Shown here: piece by piece, positions 57,437 through 64,000 of the stretch | Layout of the letters: every line of letters starts with the position of its first letter | How positions within the stretch are numbered: position 1 is the first letter of the stretch | Origin: an uncultured Acidobacteriota bacterium | GTDB taxonomy: Bacteria; Acidobacteriota; Terriglobia; Acidiferrales; UBA7541 | Reading direction: 5' to 3' | NCBI GenBank assembly: GCA_963731535.1 | Contig: CAVSWI010000014.1 | Location: forward strand, 4,017-68,016 | Length of the DNA: 64,000 nt | Position numbers and translations under genes: made by a program | Notes under the pieces: generated by a model | The model's database searches: none | Told to the model about the DNA's origin: nothing | The model's input: the letters and a program-made list of their open reading frames with translations, nothing else

Positions 57437-58777
57437 TTACTTCGTGTACATCGCTTCTATCTGGCCTGTAGCGTGGGCAAGAGCTGCGCGAGACAGATTG
57501 AATTGATACAAAGCCCCAATTCGATTGTCGCTGGCGCGCGCCAAGGCGTCTTGGGCGGTGACGACTTCCACGTTTGTGGTGACGCCCGCTTGAAAACGCC
57601 GCTGTGCTTGGGCCACTTCTTCCTCCGCCAGTTGGTAGCCTAGATTCGCTACCTCCACCGAATTCCGCGCCGCAGCCAGTTCATCGAGAGCGGACTTTAC
57701 ATCATTCACGATTTGCGCTTCAACTTGGCGCCGAACTTCCGCGATATGTTGTTCTTCCAGTCTTGCGTGCGCTTCTTCCGCGCGGATTCGCCCGCTTGTG
57801 AAGAGTGGAAATTGCAGCGAGATTTCGTAGGTGTAGGCCGGAATCCCGTTGTCGAAACGGGAGCCCTGGTAATACCAGAATCCCGAGAAGTCCAATTGTG
57901 GAAGGCGTTGCTCGCGAGCCGAATCGGTCGTCAACTTGGCGATGCGTTGCTGGGAATTCAGCGATCGAATCTCCGGTCGCGAGCTCAATGCCTGATTGAG
58001 CAGCGCCCCTTTTTCCAACACGGGAAGATCATAAAAGTCCAAGCGGTCGGTCACTTCCAGATCCTGGTCGCGAGGCAGATCGAGGAGTTCCGCCAATCCG
58101 TACTTGGTAGTATGAGTCAGTGTTTCCGCGTCGATCAGATTCTGCCGCTCGTTCTGCAATTCGACGTTCGCTCGCACCGTGTCGATATTCAAACCGATCC
58201 CTGTTTTCTGGAGTTCGGTAGCTTGTTCGTAAAGTCGTTGAGCAAGAACGACGCGCGCATTCGCGGCGTCGCGAGTTGCCAGCGCTCGTAGAACCAGCAG
58301 ATATTGGTCCACTACCGCGTTGACTACCGTTTCGCGCGTGGTTTGTTCGTCTGCGCGCGCTTGCCTTGTTCCTTCCCGCCCGATCTGGTATCCCCGAATC
58401 TGCGGCAAATTCAGAATCGTCTGCGAAAAAGTGGGACCAGCTTCGATGAACTGAAAAGGCCCGGCCTCCGTTCGCTTCTCCGACCGCTCAATGCTCTGAA
58501 AATTGTACTGGTTCACTGATCCGGAAGCCGCCATGCTGGCCTGCGGAAGCAGCGTTGCGCGCGCGATCTGGCTATTGCGATCGCTTTCGGAAATCAGCAG
58601 TTGGGCGATGATGCGCTGCGGATTTTGCTTTAGCGCGAGTTGCACCGCTTGCTTCAATGTCAGTTGCAGCACACCCGGTGGCGCCGCCGGGACTTGCTGC
58701 GCGTATGAATCAAGTGGAAACGATACCTGCAGAACCAAAAGAAGCAGCACGGCTATTCGCCGGAAACTCGCGGCCAC
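57437..58777 (-). CDS. TolC-family outer membrane efflux protein
   Basis: Two OEP repeats and a signal peptide (AASFRRIAVLLLLVLQVSFPLDSYAQQ) when started at GTG 58777, with GGAGG 7 nt upstream. The ORF track opens at TTG 58816. Confidence 0.85.
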   Translation of the reverse strand: MAASFRRIAVLLLLVLQVSFPLDSYAQQVPAAPPGVLQLTLKQAVQLALKQNPQRIIAQLLISESDRNSQIARATLLPQASMAASGSVNQYNFQSIERSEKRTEAGPFQFIEAGPTFSQTILNLPQIRGYQIGREGTRQARADEQTTRETVVNAVVDQYLLVLRALATRDAANARVVLAQRLYEQATELQKTGIGLNIDTVRANVELQNERQNLIDAETLTHTTKYGLAELLDLPRDQDLEVTDRLDFYDLPVLEKGALLNQALSSRPEIRSLNSQQRIAKLTTDSAREQRLPQLDFSGFWYYQGSRFDNGIPAYTYEISLQFPLFTSGRIRAEEAHARLEEQHIAEVRRQVEAQIVNDVKSALDELAAARNSVEVANLGYQLAEEEVAQAQRRFQAGVTTNVEVVTAQDALARASDNRIGALYQFNLSRAALAHATGQIEAMYTK

Positions 58778-58882
58778 GGAGGAACCTCCATACAGAAAAA
58801 AAGGAGTCGAGAACAAGCATTATAAGGGAAAGCCAGTCGAGGTAAATACGAACACACATGATCTCCTTTTTCTTGGCGGTCT

Positions 58883-58912
58883 GTCAGGTAGTACTGACGC
58901 GGCCGAAGCCGC
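58883..58912 (-). other. Two adjacent leader hairpins, one with a UUCG tetraloop
   Basis: Minus sense: GCGGC-UUCG-GCCGC (58899-58912), immediately followed by GUCAG-UACUAC-CUGAC (58883-58898). About 105-135 nt upstream of the TolC-like start. Confidence 0.4.
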
Positions 58913-59084
58913 TGCCTTGACGCGGTCCAGCAGCCGGTAGTACGTGTCCGCGAATGGGAAGATGATTTTTCGGTGGGTGTCGTTGAAAAAAAGTTGGCGG
59001 CAACGGGTTCCGTACGGGCAGATGCGACGCACCCCTCGCGCGCTTCAGCAACTGCAACGCCGGTCCAAACGGCGCGACCGAATC

Positions 59085-59346
59085 TCCTTTTTGCTAACTT
59101 CTGTTTGTTAAAAACAAGAATCTTAATTGGCGAGTCGCATTGCATCACCCGATCGCCATTTAGAACGGCAATTCACCCGCTACGACCGCCGCGAGTGGGA
59201 CGCTGATCCACCCTCACGAATTCAAAGGGTTTACAGAAATTAGGCAAGCACCGAACCAGTTGGCGGAATGTCAAAATTTGAGCGCTAGGCGAAATATCGA
59301 CACGAAATACCACGTCCGCTGGTTCGAATATCGGAAAGGACAGAAT
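59085..59346 (-). repeat. Copy 2 of the ~250-bp conserved non-coding element (divergent region between the efflux operon and the ECF sigma gene)
   Basis: See copy 1. Same orientation and a 68/74 identical core. Confidence 0.8.
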
Positions 59347-59409
59347 GTAAATGTGATGCATCTTCCATTCCACCACCAACGGCGCGCCCGTTTCTTGGCA
59401 CTTGGGCCT

Positions 59410-59425
59410 TGGCACGCCAATTGCT
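59410..59425 (+). promoter_or_regulatory. Sigma-54 (RpoN) promoter TGGCAC-N5-TTGCT
   Basis: TGGCACGCCAATTGCT has GG (59411-59412) and GC (59423-59424) separated by exactly 10 nt. It lies 36 nt upstream of ATG 59461 of the ECF sigma gene. SD GAGGAGG at 59444-59450. Confidence 0.7.
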
Positions 59426-59460
59426 TGTTTTCGGGACTGACCCGAGGAGGCGTAGTGATC

Positions 59461-60066
59461 ATGGAACGATTTCCCATAAGCGGGTCACAAAAACACTCCG
59501 ACGCCGCGTTGGTAGCAGCTATAAAGCGTGGAGACGCGCAGGCTTTTGAGAAACTGGCTTTACGTTACAAACAGAGAGTCTTTGCAGTGGAATATCGGAT
59601 AACGAAGAACCGTGAGGATGCCGAAGATGTGGTGCAGCAGTGCTTTTACAAGGTTTATCTTCATCTCGATGACTTTCAAGAAAGATCCCTGTTCTCCACT
59701 TGGTTGATACGCATCGCCGTGAATGAATCGCTCATGGTGCTGCGTCGTACGCGGAAAATTCTGGAAGTCTTCCCAAAGAGTTCGGACGATGTTGAGAACT
59801 CGGTCTCCAAGATATTTGTTGACCGGGCCCCGAATCCAGAAGAGAGCTATCTGCGGCGAGAGCGTATCGAAGTGTTGAGGGAAGCGATCACTCGCCTCGG
59901 TCCAATAATTCGAAGAACGATCTTAGCCCGCTACATGGACGAACGCTCCGTGGAGGAAACGGCTCACACTCTGAGTGCTTCGATCGCCGCGGTTAAATCA
60001 CGTCTTTCTCGGGGTCGGCAGGAGTTAAGCGGAGAAGTGGATCTTGCGCTCTTACAAAGGTCGTAA
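59461..60066 (+). CDS. ECF-type RNA polymerase sigma factor
   Basis: Region 2 (RYKQRVFAVEYRITKNREDAEDVVQQCFYKVY...STWLIRIAVNESL) and region 4 (RRTILARYMDERSVEETAHTLSASIAAVKSRLSRGRQEL). ATG 59461 (or GTG 59455) within ORF 59260-60066. Confidence 0.85.
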   Translation: MERFPISGSQKHSDAALVAAIKRGDAQAFEKLALRYKQRVFAVEYRITKNREDAEDVVQQCFYKVYLHLDDFQERSLFSTWLIRIAVNESLMVLRRTRKILEVFPKSSDDVENSVSKIFVDRAPNPEESYLRRERIEVLREAITRLGPIIRRTILARYMDERSVEETAHTLSASIAAVKSRLSRGRQELSGEVDLALLQRS

Positions 60067-60171
60067 ATTTTGTTAGCGGAACGCAGATGGAGCTTTGAAT
60101 AGAGGATTCGCTATAATTTCGGGCGCAACAGCCGGGAGCGATTCTCGGCAGGGGAAAGGAGAAAAGTCACC

Positions 60172-60756
60172 ATGAAAAGCTTACGAATTCTAACTTCGCT
60201 TTGCGTAATGTTGATGGCGTCCCCGTTGTTCGCACAGACTATCAAGGTCAACTGGAGCCAGACCGCCCCATTTCCAAGTTATGAGACCTACGCTTGGAAG
60301 ATCGCCCCGCGTCAGGCTAACTCTTTTTACACAAGTTGGGTAAAGGCCGATGTTGATGCACGACTCAGTGAGAAAGGACTCACCTTGGCCTCGGGAAAGC
60401 AAGTACCCGATCTTTACGTTACTTTTCACATCCAGACCCAAGAGCTACTCGACGCAACGACAACCGATGACGGATTCGGACCAGGTTGGGGTTGGGGTGG
60501 TGGTCTCTGGGGGGTTTATGGAGGCTGGGGTGGATGGGGCGGTTGGGAAGGAGGCGATTTCTCGGACACAGCGATTACCACAGAACAACCTCGCACAATG
60601 GGAATACTTACCGTCGATTTGTACGATGTCGCCCAGAAGCATCTCGTGTGGCGTGGACAAGCTACCGTAGACAGCGTATCAAACTCTCAAAAAGGCGATG
60701 AAAAACAGACGGAAAAATCAGTGGACAAGATGTTCAAGAAATATCCTCCTAAATAG
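60172..60756 (+). CDS. Secreted DUF4136-like protein with a Gly/Trp-rich insert
   Basis: Signal peptide (MLMASPLFAQT). The flanks resemble DUF4136 (TYAWK...VDARLSEKGL...DLYVTFH...GILTVDLYDVAQKHLVWRGQA). The insert is GFGPGWGWGGGLWGVYGGWGGWGGWEGG. Confidence 0.65.
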   Translation: MKSLRILTSLCVMLMASPLFAQTIKVNWSQTAPFPSYETYAWKIAPRQANSFYTSWVKADVDARLSEKGLTLASGKQVPDLYVTFHIQTQELLDATTTDDGFGPGWGWGGGLWGVYGGWGGWGGWEGGDFSDTAITTEQPRTMGILTVDLYDVAQKHLVWRGQATVDSVSNSQKGDEKQTEKSVDKMFKKYPPK

Positions 60757-60856
60757 TTGTCTTCGTACAGTCCGCTTCCACGGCTACCGCAAAATACGGA
60801 TGCTGATCCGATTCTGTGAACTACAAGAATTTGAACAGAGAAGTCGGTGTTGGTTG

Positions 60857-61975
60857 TTAAGAGCGCCACATTGATTTAATGCCGAGCTTCTTCATGCGAC
60901 TCCGAAGAGTTGACGCTGGCAATCCCAAGACTTCTGCGGCACCGCCCTTGCCTGCAATCAATCCGTCAGTCATCTGCACAACTTCCGTGATGTGTTCTCT
61001 TTCGGCTTCCGCCATAGTGCGCACTCTTCCCGCGCCAAAGTCGCGACTGGGATTTATCGAGCTTGAAGAATCGTTGGGATCTCCACCTAGCGGTGAGCTT
61101 CTTGTGGGAATGGGCTTGGGCGGCGAACCACTGAGCACAGCGCCAGTGGACAGAATCACCGAGCGTTCAATCAGATTTTGGAGCTCCCGGACATTTCCCG
61201 GCCATGAATGCCGCACAAGTGCCGCCATGAATTGCTCAGAAATAGCCGTAATTCGCTTGTGCAATCGAGCAGCGTAATCCATTGCAAAGTGCTGGACTAA
61301 CAAACGGATATCTTCGCGGCGTTCACGCAGTCGAGGGAGTTCAATGGGGAACACGCTGAGTCTATAGAAGAGATCAGAGCGGAATTGATGTTTGTCTACC
61401 ATCTCAGCGAGATTGCGATTTGTAGCGCAGATCACTCGCACATTGGTGTGAATTGTGGCAGTACCGCCTAGTCGCTCGAACTGTTTTTCCTGCACGACGC
61501 GAAGAAGCTTTGGCTGCAACTCCAACGGAAGGTCGCCGATCTCATCCAAGAACAGGGTACCTCGGTTAGCGCGCTCGAAGCGCCCAATACTGCGTGTTAC
61601 CGCTCCGGTATAGGCGCCACGCTCGTGACCAAACAACTCGCTTTCGAGCAAACCGGCCGGAATCGTGGCGCAATTCACTTTTACGAACGGTCCGTTCGAT
61701 CGATCGCTGTACTTGTGAATGGCTTCCGCAATGAGTTCCTTACCGGTTCCCGTCTCTCCGTTGATTAACACCGTGGCATCGGTCGGTGCCACGGCCCGCG
61801 CCAAGCCAAGTACGCGCCGGAGAGCGGCGCTCTTACCGACAATCCGGGGTAGTCGCCTATCGGAGAGTTCGTTGTCGTCGCGCGCAGTCAATGCTGACGT
61901 CACGTCCCCGATCTCAAAGAGCGCATTATGGTTAACTGCGAGTCCTTCATTTGCCCAGCTCATTTGTACCGACAT
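60857..61975 (-). CDS. Sigma-54-dependent transcriptional activator (bEBP) without an N-terminal sensory domain
   Basis: The AAA+ core starts about aa 55 (IVGKSAALRRVL). Walker A GETGTGKE, sigma-54 contact loop GAYTGA (GAFTGA variant), Walker B LFLDEIG and a C-terminal Fis-type HTH (AAEVLGLPASTLRSRMKKLGI). Confidence 0.88.
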   Translation of the reverse strand: MSVQMSWANEGLAVNHNALFEIGDVTSALTARDDNELSDRRLPRIVGKSAALRRVLGLARAVAPTDATVLINGETGTGKELIAEAIHKYSDRSNGPFVKVNCATIPAGLLESELFGHERGAYTGAVTRSIGRFERANRGTLFLDEIGDLPLELQPKLLRVVQEKQFERLGGTATIHTNVRVICATNRNLAEMVDKHQFRSDLFYRLSVFPIELPRLRERREDIRLLVQHFAMDYAARLHKRITAISEQFMAALVRHSWPGNVRELQNLIERSVILSTGAVLSGSPPKPIPTRSSPLGGDPNDSSSSINPSRDFGAGRVRTMAEAEREHITEVVQMTDGLIAGKGGAAEVLGLPASTLRSRMKKLGIKSMWRS

Positions 61976-62361
61976 TTTTCCTCCTTTATTCGTCCGCTGC
62001 GAGAAGTGAACATACTCTTGCGCGGTAAGTAATTCTGGCGCCCGACTGGGAATAGGGTTCGCATGACACTGTTCAACAGTTACTTAAGCAGTTCTTCCTT
62101 TTGACTTCGAACTCCACCTTTACGCTGTCGTGGCTGTTTATTGGGCTTTGATTCGGCTGGGAGTCTGCGACAGGTTCAAGCGGCGTACAACCCTAGATGG
62201 AGCCATCGTCTCCATTATCGGGGAGCCTGCCGACTCCTTCGGGACGCCAGCTTGGGCATCAATGAGTTAAAGCAAAGAAATCTACGCCAAGTGCTTTTTG
62301 TTGGGGAATACAATGTTCGATGTAGGGCACCGAGAACTAGCGGTTCCGAGGCGTAGAATCT

Positions 62362-62918
62362 ATGATGCGGTACCTGGAATCCAGTCTCGGCCTTTTGAAT
62401 TGGTTTTGTGAACCTGACATGGCGCCTGATCAGCGTGCGCTTTCTGGAAAAGCGTGCCCCAATACGAGAATCTCCGGTTAGCCGACTCGGCGATTGGTTC
62501 CTTGTGTTGCATGGACGTCCGGCTCTTGATGTGAACACCGCTCTAGGATTGAGTAGCTCTACACGTCCAAGCGCTTCCCGAAGGGCTTGTGGTACCCAGG
62601 CGGCACGGCGCCTTACAAGTCACCAGCGGCAAGACCCCAGCGGCTCCGCGTGTCGTGCCCATGACGCCGACCGTGCGTGGTATAATTCACGCTCGCTGGC
62701 AGGCAGCCGGGAAATTGCAGGACGGCTGGGTTCGACCTGCGCCGGAAGCTTCTGTGGAACACATGGTTCCAAACTCAATTTACGAACCACACTTGAAAGC
62801 GGTGGTGGCGTCTGTTCGTGTTCTACAATCTGCGCCACACTTTTCTCACTCGACTGGGCGAGAGCGGAGCGTACGCGTGGACGCTGATGAGAATCGCCGG
62901 CACAGCAACATTAAGTAG
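62362..62918 (+). pseudogene. Tyrosine recombinase (phage-type integrase) remnant, frameshifted and truncated
   Basis: Integrase catalytic-domain homology is split over three frames. It reads ...NLTWRLISV..., then SGKTPAAPRVVPMTPTVRGIIHARWQAAGKLQDGWVRPA, then FVFYNLRHTFLTRLGESGAYAWTLMRIAG, followed after a 1-nt slip by HSNIK and a stop. The region with the catalytic Tyr is missing. Confidence 0.55.
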
Positions 62919-63028
62919 AGCGTTTATACTGCCAATCGTGCGACCAAGCGGTACAAGCGGCGAGGAACGCGCTGGTGCGGGGTAGCTACAAAACTGGCTA
63001 CAGTATAAAAACGCAAAAAAGACCAAAC

Positions 63029-63037
63029 TGCTAAAAT
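63029..63037 (+). promoter_or_regulatory. Possible extended -10 promoter (TGcTAAAAT) for tRNA-Ser
   Basis: TGCTAAAAT lies 27 nt upstream of the mature tRNA 5' end. No good -35 box. Confidence 0.3.
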
Positions 63038-63063
63038 CTGCATTCACAAAAGTTTAACACTGC

Positions 63064-63156
63064 GGAGAGGTGCTGGAGTGGCCGAACAGGGCTGCCTGCT
63101 AAGCAGTTATCCTGGCAAAACCGGGATCGGGGGTTCGAATCCCCCCCTCTCCGCCA
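63064..63156 (+). tRNA. tRNA-Ser (anticodon GCU), class II with long variable arm, CCA encoded
   Basis: Manual fold: acceptor GGAGAGG/CCTCTCC, anticodon stem GCTGC/GCAGT with loop CT-GCT-AA, variable arm TCCTGG-CAAAA-CCGGGA, T arm GGGGG-TTCGAAT-CCCCC, discriminator G and CCA. Confidence 0.9.
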
Positions 63157-63432
63157 GATTTAAAAAGTAAGCAAAATCCCCAATAAAATCGAGGAAGTTC
63201 GCATCCGTTCCGCGTACATACCTCGCAAGCACCTGCTGTACTGCTCGTTCCTCGCTCATCGCTTCTCCTTTTTCTTCAGTTCGACCGCATCCAGGTTTCC
63301 TGGTAGCTGGTCCATTTCAAGCGCAGTCCTCACTACGCTCTATATGTATCTATCATTGAAGCATATAAAAGGAGGTTGTGCAATCATCATAGGAACAGTT
63401 AGACTTAATGGAAGGGGGGGAGGGCCTCACCT

Positions 63433-63912
63433 TTGATCGACGTTCGATTTCCTACAGCGCTTCAGATCATGCTCAGCCTGGCGTTGGCGGACCGGAACAG
63501 CGTTTCCCAGCTCTCCTCCGCCGAGTTGGCGAAGAGCCTCGGGGCGAATCCCAGCTTCGTCCGCAAGCTCCTAGTGCCGCTCGTCCAGAGCAAACTCCTA
63601 CGGTCCCAGATGGGCAAGACCGGTGGCGTGCGTCTCGCACGACCAGCAGCAGAGATCACCCTGCGGGACATCTACGGCGCGGTCGTAGCAGATACCAAAA
63701 TCTGGGCGCCTCGAACCGGAATTCCGCATCGCTGCCTGGTGAGTTCCAACGTACAAGGCTACTTCGAAGAGTTGATTGACGACGCGCAGGAGGCGATCCT
63801 CTCCATGCTCGGGCAACGCACTCTGCTACAGGCCCTCACTGAATTGGAGATTCGCGAGAGTGCGAAGAGGACCACCAGCAAAGTTCGGCTATCGGTACAA
63901 AACAAGAGGTAG
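63433..63912 (+). CDS. Rrf2-family transcriptional regulator
   Basis: ALQIMLSLALADRNSVSQLSSAELAKSLGANPSFVRKLLVPLVQSKLLRSQMGKTGGVRLARPAAEITLRDIY is the Rrf2 winged-helix pattern. TTG start. Confidence 0.8.
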   Translation: MIDVRFPTALQIMLSLALADRNSVSQLSSAELAKSLGANPSFVRKLLVPLVQSKLLRSQMGKTGGVRLARPAAEITLRDIYGAVVADTKIWAPRTGIPHRCLVSSNVQGYFEELIDDAQEAILSMLGQRTLLQALTELEIRESAKRTTSKVRLSVQNKR

Positions 63913-63951
63913 AACACATTTGCAAGATGCAGTGGCGCAGCAATAGGAGGA

Positions 63952-64000
63952 ATGATGTCACAGGTTTGGCTAATCACAGGAGTTCACGGGGTCTTGGAAG
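63952..64000 (+). CDS. Start of an unidentified CDS (partial, runs off the right edge)
   Basis: AGGAGG (63945-63950) followed by ATG 63952. It reads MMSQVWLITGVHGVLE..., reminiscent of a Rossmann-fold N-terminus but too short to call. Confidence 0.3.
   Translation, partial: MMSQVWLITGVHGVLE

Noticed and set aside
58710-58859. 49-aa minus-strand ORF (MCVRIYLDWLSLIM...) preceded by AAGGAG, upstream of the TolC-like gene.
   Set aside because: The SD to ATG spacing is only 3 nt. The ORF overlaps the TolC-like signal-peptide region out of frame, and its composition is not protein-like.
58986-58992. T7 run in the efflux leader (minus sense), considered as a possible intrinsic terminator or attenuator.
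   Set aside because: I could find only a 3-4-bp helix (CCGUACGG / ACGG-AAC-CCGU) immediately upstream. That is not a convincing terminator stem.
59397-59402. A second TGGCAC, 13 nt upstream of the accepted sigma-54 promoter (direct repeat CTTGGCAC).
   Set aside because: The sequence at the corresponding -12 position is CCTT, with no GC dinucleotide. Only the downstream copy has a proper -12 element.
63157-63259. Short minus-strand ORF with an SD (MSEERAVQQVLARYVRGTDA...) reading into the tRNA-Ser gene. It may be a SnoaL/NTF2-like gene fragment.
   Set aside because: Only about 20 residues look protein-like, which is too short for a family call. It is used only as weak supporting evidence for a junction next to the tRNA.
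1-64000. Scan for CRISPR arrays, rRNA, intact IS elements or transposases, prophage genes, toxin-antitoxin pairs and known defence-system genes.
   Set aside because: No regularly spaced short repeats were seen. No transposase, RT, nuclease or capsid-like ORFs were recognised. The only mobile-element trace is the decayed integrase at 62362-62918.

Overview
High-GC bacterial chromosomal segment. The gene content looks Acidobacteria-like, judged from protein motifs only; no search was run. About 55 protein genes, one tRNA and no rRNA or CRISPR.

Most of the window is housekeeping or envelope genes: partial bamA, clpC, lolD/lolE-like, lysS, recG, rsmD, a long TonB-like protein, panE, an acyl-CoA dehydrogenase, HIT, HU/IHF, rpsA, a DnaC-like ATPase, dnaK-orf-dnaJ-hspR, a DsbA/MauE pair, DPP-IV, DUF4139, pcaHG and a PoxB-like enzyme.

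Points worth a second look:
1. A ~250-bp non-coding element occurs twice in the same orientation (54095-54340 and 59085-59346), upstream of an esterase gene and of an EmrAB/TolC-type efflux operon. Its core is 68/74 identical, and the substitutions preserve RNA helices only in the minus sense.
2. A canonical sigma-54 promoter (59410-59425) sits in front of an ECF sigma gene, next to an enhancer-binding protein that has no sensory domain.
3. The 52.6-63.3 kb block holding these genes is bounded by gene fragments (ribA remnant, frameshifted integrase remnant) and tRNA-Ser, so it may be a decayed island.
4. Two convergent ECF sigma / anti-sigma / DUF4097 modules flank a protease-less double-PDZ protein.
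5. The dnaK operon has an unknown ORF in the grpE slot and a HAIR-like operator over its promoter.
6. There is a truncated UvrC-like protein with altered GIY-YIG residues.
7. There is an MFS transporter pseudogene with three frame changes.

I did not recognise any defence system, prophage or intact mobile element.
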